Assembly (NCBI GenBank): GCA_034432055.1
Contig: DAOUCT010000023.1
Span: forward strand, 74,126-138,125
DNA length: 64,000 nucleotides
Source of the DNA: Dehalococcoidia bacterium
Lineage (GTDB): Bacteria > Chloroflexota > Dehalococcoidia > GIF9 > UBA5629
Direction of reading: 5' to 3'
Shown here: one piece after another, positions 58,595 to 64,000 of the stretch
Layout of the letters: the number at the start of each line of letters is the position of its first letter
Numbering within the stretch: the first letter of the stretch is position 1
Position numbers and translations under genes: made by a program
Notes under the pieces: model-generated
The model's database searches: none
What the model saw: the letters and a program-made list of their open reading frames with translations, nothing else
Told to the model about the DNA's origin: nothing

Positions 58595-61500
58595 ATGATA
58601 GAAGTAAATGATTTCAATGCTGTTCGAATCTCCTTGGCTTCGCCAGAGCAGATTCGAAGCTGGTCTTATGGTGAAGTAACTGAACCAGAGACGATAAACT
58701 ATCGCACTTTGAAACCGGAAAAGGATGGGCTTTTTTGCGAAAGAATTTTTGGACCGACAAAGAACTACGAATGCTATTGTGGAAAATATAAAAAGATACG
58801 GTATCGGGGTGTGACTTGTGATAGGTGTGGCGTTACAGTAGAGCACTCCCGCGTACGTAGAATACGCATGGGTCATATTGAACTAGCTGCGCCGGTGGCT
58901 CATGTCTGGTTTGCCAAGGGGATACCCAGCAGATTGGCATTGCTCTTGGATATTTCCCCCCGTAACCTCGAGCGGGTTCTGTATTTTGCGCAGTATATTG
59001 TCACCTCGGTTGATACTCAGGCGCGTGACGAAGTAGTTAAAAGACTGAAAGAAAGCCTTAGACAGCGGGTTTCGAAAAGGGAGGCAGCACTGGAGAAACG
59101 CATCTCTCATGAGCAAGCTAAAGAACAGCCTGCCTCAAATCTGGAGACAATCACGAAAATAAACGAGTTGCGGCGTGAGTTTGAAGAGGAGAAAGCGGAA
59201 CTTCAGGACATATTGCAAGAAAGGATATCAATCCTTGAAAACCTGCAGCCATTGGTGCTCCTCACTGAAAATCAGTACCAGGAGTTGAAGGGGGATTATG
59301 GCGATTTCTTTAAAGCTGCTATGGGGGCGGAGGCAATCCTTGACATTTTGAGGGATATGGATCTGGAGAAGTTGCGACAGGAACTCTGGGAAGAGGTTCG
59401 TTCTAGTTCTGGGCAGCGCCGCAAGAAGGCGATAAAGAGGTTGCGGGTGGTAGAGGCTTTTTGGCGCAGTGGTAATAAGCCGGAGTGGATGATATTGACT
59501 GTTCTCCCGGTGTTACCTCCAGATCTTCGTCCCATAGTGCAACTTGATGGGGGGCGGTTTGCTACCAGTGATCTTAATGACCTTTACCGCCGGGTGATTA
59601 ATCGTAACAACCGTCTTAAGCGGTTGATAGACTTGGGTGCCCCTGAGATCATCATTCGTAACGAGAAAAGAATGCTTCAAGAGGCTGTTGATGCGCTTGT
59701 TGATAGTGGGCGCAGGGGACGTGCGGCTGCAGTGAGCGGAACTCACAGGTTGAAGTCTCTATCGGATATGCTTCGAGGGAAGCAGGGGCGTTTCCGCCAG
59801 AACTTGTTGGGCAAGCGGGTGGACTACAGCGGTCGTTCAGTTATTGTTGTTGGACCTGAATTGAAGTTACATCAGTGTGGTTTACCTAAACATATGGCCC
59901 TGGAGTTATTTAAGCCTTTTGTAATGAGGCGCCTTATCGATCAGGGCTATGCTCACAACATTAAGAGCGCCCGCAGGCAGGTAGAAAGAGCAAGACCTGA
60001 GGTATGGGATATTCTGGCTGAAGTGGTTAAAGAACGTCCAGTTTTGCTTAATAGAGCTCCTACTTTGCACCGCTTGAGCATTCAGGCTTTCGAGCCGGTT
60101 CTTATCGAAGGCAGTGCGATTCAGATCCACCCGTTAGTTTGTGCTGCCTTCAATGCGGATTTCGATGGCGATCAAATGGCGGTTCATGTGCCGCTCTCTC
60201 GGGCAGCAGTTAGGGAAGCGAAGGAACATATACTTAGTATTCATAATATGCTACTACCAAGCTGCGGTGAACCTGTGATGACACCTACGCTAGATATGGT
60301 ACTAGGCTGTTATTATCTTACTATCACCCGTCCGGGGGCTAGGGGGGAAGGGATGGTCTTTGGTAGTTTTGATGAGGCTAAGCTGGCTTATGAGACGGGT
60401 GCTGTAGAACTACATGCTGAGATAGAGGTGAGGCTTGAATCGGGAGGGGCAAGGCTGAAAACCAGTGTAGGGCGGATTTTGTTCAATGAAGTGCTGCCGC
60501 CCGAGTTCCGCTTCTGTAATCAGGTGATGGACAAAGCCTCACTTAAACGCTTGGTATTGGACTGTTATCGTGTATTAGGAAGCGCTCCCACAGTGACAGT
60601 GCTCGATAACCTTAAACGCTTAGGGTTTGAGTTTGCTACCAAATCAGGGGTCACCATTGCTGCCAAGGACATCGAGGTGCCGAAGAACAAAGCGAAGATT
60701 TTGGAAGAAGGTGAGGAAAAGATAGCTGTTATTGAAAGTCAATACGATAGAGGATTGATCACAGAAGACGAGAGATATAGCAGTGCGATCCAGGTGTGGT
60801 CAGAGACCACAGATAAGATTACAGATACTGTTGCCCAATCGCTTGATCGTTATGGTGGGCTTTATATGATGGCAACATCGGGTGCTAAAGGTAATATCTC
60901 GCAGATTAGACAGATGGCCGGGATGCGCGGTCTTATGACCGACCCTTCTGGTAGGATAATAGACTTTCCTATCCGCTCCAGCTTTCGTGAGGGACTCGAT
61001 GTGATAGAGTATTTTATTTCAACTCATGGAGCCCGCAAAGGTCTAGCTGATACTGCGCTGAGGACTTCTGATGCTGGTTATCTTACACGCCGACTTATAG
61101 ATGTAGCTCAAGATTTGATTATTCTGGAAAAAGACTGTGGTACCGAGGAGGGTGTCTGGCTGTTTGACAAGCCTGACAAGGGGTTATTGCCACCTTTGAG
61201 TGAGCGAGTCTTGGGACGTTTGGCGGCTGCTGACGTTATTGATCCTGCGACCGGTGAAGTTATTGTTCGCAGAAATGAAGAAATCAGTGAGGATAGGGCG
61301 AAACGAATTATTGATGCAGGTATTACGCAAGTTTATGTCAGATCACCTTTGAGTTGTCGTTCAAGACGAGGTATCTGCCAGCATTGCTATGGGCGGGATC
61401 TAGCTAGACGGGGATTGGTAGCTATTGGCACTGCTGTGGGTATCATTGCTGCTCAAAGTATCGGTGAACCCGGCACACAGCTAACTTTGCGGACTTTCCA

Positions 61501-62482
61501 TACAGGGGGTGTGGTCGGTGCCGATATCACTACAGGTTTGCCGAGAGTCGAAGAATTGTTTGAGGCAAGGGTCCCGAAAGGTGTGGCTGTTGTTTCTGAG
61601 ATCGATGGTGTTGTGGATGATGTGATCGAGACTCAGGATATTCGGAAGGTCAAGGTTATCAGTTCTGAATACTACCAGGACGAGTATTCTTTGCCCTCAG
61701 GAGCTACCTTGCTGGTGGCTGATGGGCAGTGGGTCGAGGCTGGAACCAGACTAGCTTCCATAGCCTCTCGGTCTCCAGAGGAAATGGCTGAGCAGCGTCT
61801 GGCAGTTGCCGATGACTCCCTTATTATAGCCAGGGTTTCTGGCACTGTGACCATCCGCAACAGACAAATCTTTATCGGGTATGAGGAAGTTGAGGAACGT
61901 GAATATGTAATTCCTTCTGGAAGTCGCATCCGGGTCAGGCCAGGAGATAGAGTGAAAGCCGGGGAACAACTGACAGACGGGGTGATCGACCCACAAGATA
62001 TTTTGCGTATAATGGGCAGGGACGCCGTACAGCAATACTTGGTCGAGGAAGTGCAAAAGGTCTATCGCTCGCAGGGTGTCAATATCAATGATAAGCACAT
62101 TGAAATTATCATCCGCCAGATGCTGAGGCGTGTACGAATTGAGTCTCCTGGCGATACCGACCTTTTACCTGGTGACCTGGTTGATCGATTTGAGTATGAG
62201 AGCATAAACGCTAAAGTACTGGCGGAAGGTGGCGAGCCAGCTACAGCCCAGACTGTTCTTTTGGGTATCACTCGTGCCTCTTTGAATACTGACAGCTGGC
62301 TATCTGCTGCTTCGTTCCAGGAGACTACTAGAGTTTTGACGGAAGCGGCGATTTGGGGGAAGACAGACCGTTTGCTTGGTCTCAAGGAGAATGTAATCAT
62401 AGGCAAGCTTATTCCGGCTCGGGCTTTATCTTCAGAAGAGGAAGCCGTCCCTGCTGATCGAGATATGTTACCTGCGCTCTAG
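58595..62482 (+). CDS. rpoC: DNA-directed RNA polymerase beta' subunit
   Basis: 1295 aa. It has the Zn ribbon CYCGKYKK...CDRCG and the catalytic motif [12 protein letters not shown]. Confidence 0.95.
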   Translation: MIEVNDFNAVRISLASPEQIRSWSYGEVTEPETINYRTLKPEKDGLFCERIFGPTKNYECYCGKYKKIRYRGVTCDRCGVTVEHSRVRRIRMGHIELAAPVAHVWFAKGIPSRLALLLDISPRNLERVLYFAQYIVTSVDTQARDEVVKRLKESLRQRVSKREAALEKRISHEQAKEQPASNLETITKINELRREFEEEKAELQDILQERISILENLQPLVLLTENQYQELKGDYGDFFKAAMGAEAILDILRDMDLEKLRQELWEEVRSSSGQRRKKAIKRLRVVEAFWRSGNKPEWMILTVLPVLPPDLRPIVQLDGGRFATSDLNDLYRRVINRNNRLKRLIDLGAPEIIIRNEKRMLQEAVDALVDSGRRGRAAAVSGTHRLKSLSDMLRGKQGRFRQNLLGKRVDYSGRSVIVVGPELKLHQCGLPKHMALELFKPFVMRRLIDQGYAHNIKSARRQVERARPEVWDILAEVVKERPVLLNRAPTLHRLSIQAFEPVLIEGSAIQIHPLVCAAFNADFDGDQMAVHVPLSRAAVREAKEHILSIHNMLLPSCGEPVMTPTLDMVLGCYYLTITRPGARGEGMVFGSFDEAKLAYETGAVELHAEIEVRLESGGARLKTSVGRILFNEVLPPEFRFCNQVMDKASLKRLVLDCYRVLGSAPTVTVLDNLKRLGFEFATKSGVTIAAKDIEVPKNKAKILEEGEEKIAVIESQYDRGLITEDERYSSAIQVWSETTDKITDTVAQSLDRYGGLYMMATSGAKGNISQIRQMAGMRGLMTDPSGRIIDFPIRSSFREGLDVIEYFISTHGARKGLADTALRTSDAGYLTRRLIDVAQDLIILEKDCGTEEGVWLFDKPDKGLLPPLSERVLGRLAAADVIDPATGEVIVRRNEEISEDRAKRIIDAGITQVYVRSPLSCRSRRGICQHCYGRDLARRGLVAIGTAVGIIAAQSIGEPGTQLTLRTFHTGGVVGADITTGLPRVEELFEARVPKGVAVVSEIDGVVDDVIETQDIRKVKVISSEYYQDEYSLPSGATLLVADGQWVEAGTRLASIASRSPEEMAEQRLAVADDSLIIARVSGTVTIRNRQIFIGYEEVEEREYVIPSGSRIRVRPGDRVKAGEQLTDGVIDPQDILRIMGRDAVQQYLVEEVQKVYRSQGVNINDKHIEIIIRQMLRRVRIESPGDTDLLPGDLVDRFEYESINAKVLAEGGEPATAQTVLLGITRASLNTDSWLSAASFQETTRVLTEAAIWGKTDRLLGLKENVIIGKLIPARALSSEEEAVPADRDMLPAL

Positions 62483-62772
62483 AGAAATTGGTCTCTTGGT
62501 GGGGATAGGGTTGAAAATACATCCGAACTTAAAAGTTTCGAATGTGGTGGGAAGGGTTGGTTCTGGTTTGTTTGCCTGTTTTTCCACGACTTCTGGAATT
62601 TAGCTGTTTTTTCTGCAGCATTAGGTTTGGTGTCAACCAGTTGTTTTGTTGTGTATCGCTAGAGCTTTTGCAGGCGACTGGATTAGTTACAGCAACGGAG
62701 TAGGGAAATGTGCAGATATAATGCTATAATGTGGTGCAGTGACGGCTAATTACGAAGTTATGCAGCGGTAAA

Positions 62773-63813
62773 ATGAAGGAGAAAGAAACAAGGACACGGA
62801 TAATTTCAGCCAAGCCAAACGCAGACGATGTATCGCTGGATACTAGGCTTCGCCCTCGACGTTTGGAAGAATTTATTGGTCAAGACAAAGTTAAAGCAAA
62901 TTTAGAAATAGCGATTGCTGCAGCTAAGAAAAGGGGCGAACCTCTAGATCACATTTTGCTTTATGGACCACCTGGCTTGGGCAAGACTACTTTGGCTTAT
63001 ATTATTGCTGCTGAGATGGGGGTTAATATCAAGGTCACGTCAGGACCAGCGATAGAGCGTCCTGGTGACTTAGCAGCTATCTTGACTAACCTGCAGAAGA
63101 ACGACGGCTTTTTTATTGATGAGATTCACCGGCTTAGCCATCCTGTGGAAGAAGTCCTTTATCCAGCGATGGAGGAATTTGTTATAGATATAGTGATTGG
63201 TAAAGGACCGGGGGCACGAAGCCTCCGTTTAAGCTTGCCACCATTCACCTTGATTGGAGCTACGACTCGCTATGCTTTGATGAGTCCACCTTTAAGGGAT
63301 AGGTTTGGTGCTGTGTACCGCCTCGATTTTTATGACGATATGTCAATCAGAAAGATCCTCAGACGGTCTGCAGACCTGCTGCATATCGAGATAGATGAGG
63401 GGGGGCTAAGTCAAATTGCTTGCCGGGCTCGAGGAACCCCCAGGGTTGCCAATCGTCTTCTCAAAAGAGTGCGCGATTATGCTCAAGTGGTAGCTGATGG
63501 TGTGATTACCGAGTCAGTGGCGATTGAGGCACTCCTAAGACTGGAAATAGATTCTCTGGGGCTAGATGAGGTTGACCATAAAATATTGCATACTATTATT
63601 GAGAAATTTAACGGTGGGCCGGTTGGCTTGGAGACCATAGCTGCATCTATCAGTGAAGAGGCCGATACAATAATGGATGTATACGAGCCTTATTTACTTC
63701 AGTTAGGGTTTATAGAGCGTACTCCCAGAGGCAGAGCCGCTACAAAGCTTGCCTATGAGCACCTTGGACTTGTTTACCGGAAAGGTCATTCCGCACAGCA
63801 AGGTCTGTGGTAG
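62773..63813 (+). CDS. ruvB: Holliday junction branch migration helicase RuvB
   Basis: 346 aa, an AAA+ protein with Walker [10 protein letters not shown] and a RuvB-type winged-helix C-terminus. Confidence 0.9.
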   Translation: MKEKETRTRIISAKPNADDVSLDTRLRPRRLEEFIGQDKVKANLEIAIAAAKKRGEPLDHILLYGPPGLGKTTLAYIIAAEMGVNIKVTSGPAIERPGDLAAILTNLQKNDGFFIDEIHRLSHPVEEVLYPAMEEFVIDIVIGKGPGARSLRLSLPPFTLIGATTRYALMSPPLRDRFGAVYRLDFYDDMSIRKILRRSADLLHIEIDEGGLSQIACRARGTPRVANRLLKRVRDYAQVVADGVITESVAIEALLRLEIDSLGLDEVDHKILHTIIEKFNGGPVGLETIAASISEEADTIMDVYEPYLLQLGFIERTPRGRAATKLAYEHLGLVYRKGHSAQQGLW

Positions 63814-64000
63814 AAGGTTGATAATCTTCAGAATTTTGCTGGCATCTTCTTAGTGTATGTCTTTTACCTCGTCTGCCCTATTTCACAATTTATTGCTGTT
63901 CGAACAGCTGGCGAGATTGAATGAGATTGAGAAATTTAACAAGTGCTATGCCTTTGGTTCAATGGAGTAACTCGGTTGCTTTAGCACTGGTTGTTTTTTT

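Noticed and set aside
62483-62510. Possible terminator hairpin AGAGA-aattgg-TCTCT just after the rpoC stop
   Set aside because: It has only a 5-bp stem and no downstream T-tract, so it is too weak to call.
1-64000. Search for tRNA/rRNA genes, insertion sequences, integrases, toxin-antitoxin pairs or defence genes
   Set aside because: Every intergenic region of at least 100 nt was inspected by eye: 2252-2374, 11173-11326, 16164-16330, 22687-22871, 30890-31103, 43469-43684, 47497-47655, 49912-50168, 54722-54952, 62483-62772. None shows a tRNA cloverleaf signature, inverted terminal repeats, or transposase or integrase ORFs.

Overview
This window is a dense, housekeeping-rich chromosomal segment of a bacterium: about 49 protein-coding genes, no rRNA or tRNA, no CRISPR array, no recognisable mobile element, and GC content looks about 50% by eye. 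I cannot place the organism securely; several features are compatible with an anaerobic, Chloroflexota-like or otherwise deep-branching lineage. Those features are a four-subunit pyruvate:ferredoxin oxidoreductase, GH57-type glycogen enzymes, near-leaderless promoters and short or overlapping gene junctions.

Recognisable genes and blocks:
- porGDA plus the start of porB at the window edge (pyruvate:ferredoxin oxidoreductase)
- ffh, then dnaG-rpoD with an ATGA overlap
- a dGTPase-like HD protein, ppsA, cca, secDF
- an HDAC-family Zn deacetylase and a Sir2 deacetylase
- a CDF cation transporter and an orphan oligopeptide-type ABC substrate-binding protein
- radC, then a secreted HEXXH peptidase overlapping prfB; prfB carries the classical programmed +1 frameshift site CTT TGA C
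- nfi
- two tandem paralogous lipoproteins with repeated Ig-like modules
- the purine block purD-purE-purB-purC-purS
- a small EXXH ferritin-like protein, then holA
- a six-gene GH57-based glycogen cluster: glgC, GH57 branching enzyme, glgA, ROK glucokinase and two more GH57 genes
- an orphan REC/HD-GYP response regulator next to a CBS-domain M50 peptidase
- a kamA (lysine 2,3-aminomutase), two Ddl-like ATP-grasp ligases, GNAT operon
- a large beta-helix surface protein with a C-terminal membrane anchor
- a TRAP transporter (dctPQM) plus acyl-CoA synthetase block
- rpoB-rpoC behind a consensus sigma-70 promoter and a long leader, followed directly by ruvB

The best candidate for an undescribed system is the aminomutase / double ATP-grasp / acetyltransferase operon. 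It looks like a ribosome-independent pathway that ligates and acetylates a beta-amino acid. Secondary candidates are the tandem repeat lipoproteins, the anchored beta-helix protein and the stand-alone encapsulated-ferritin-like mini-protein. All functional calls come from reading the translated ORFs and sequence motifs; no searches were run.
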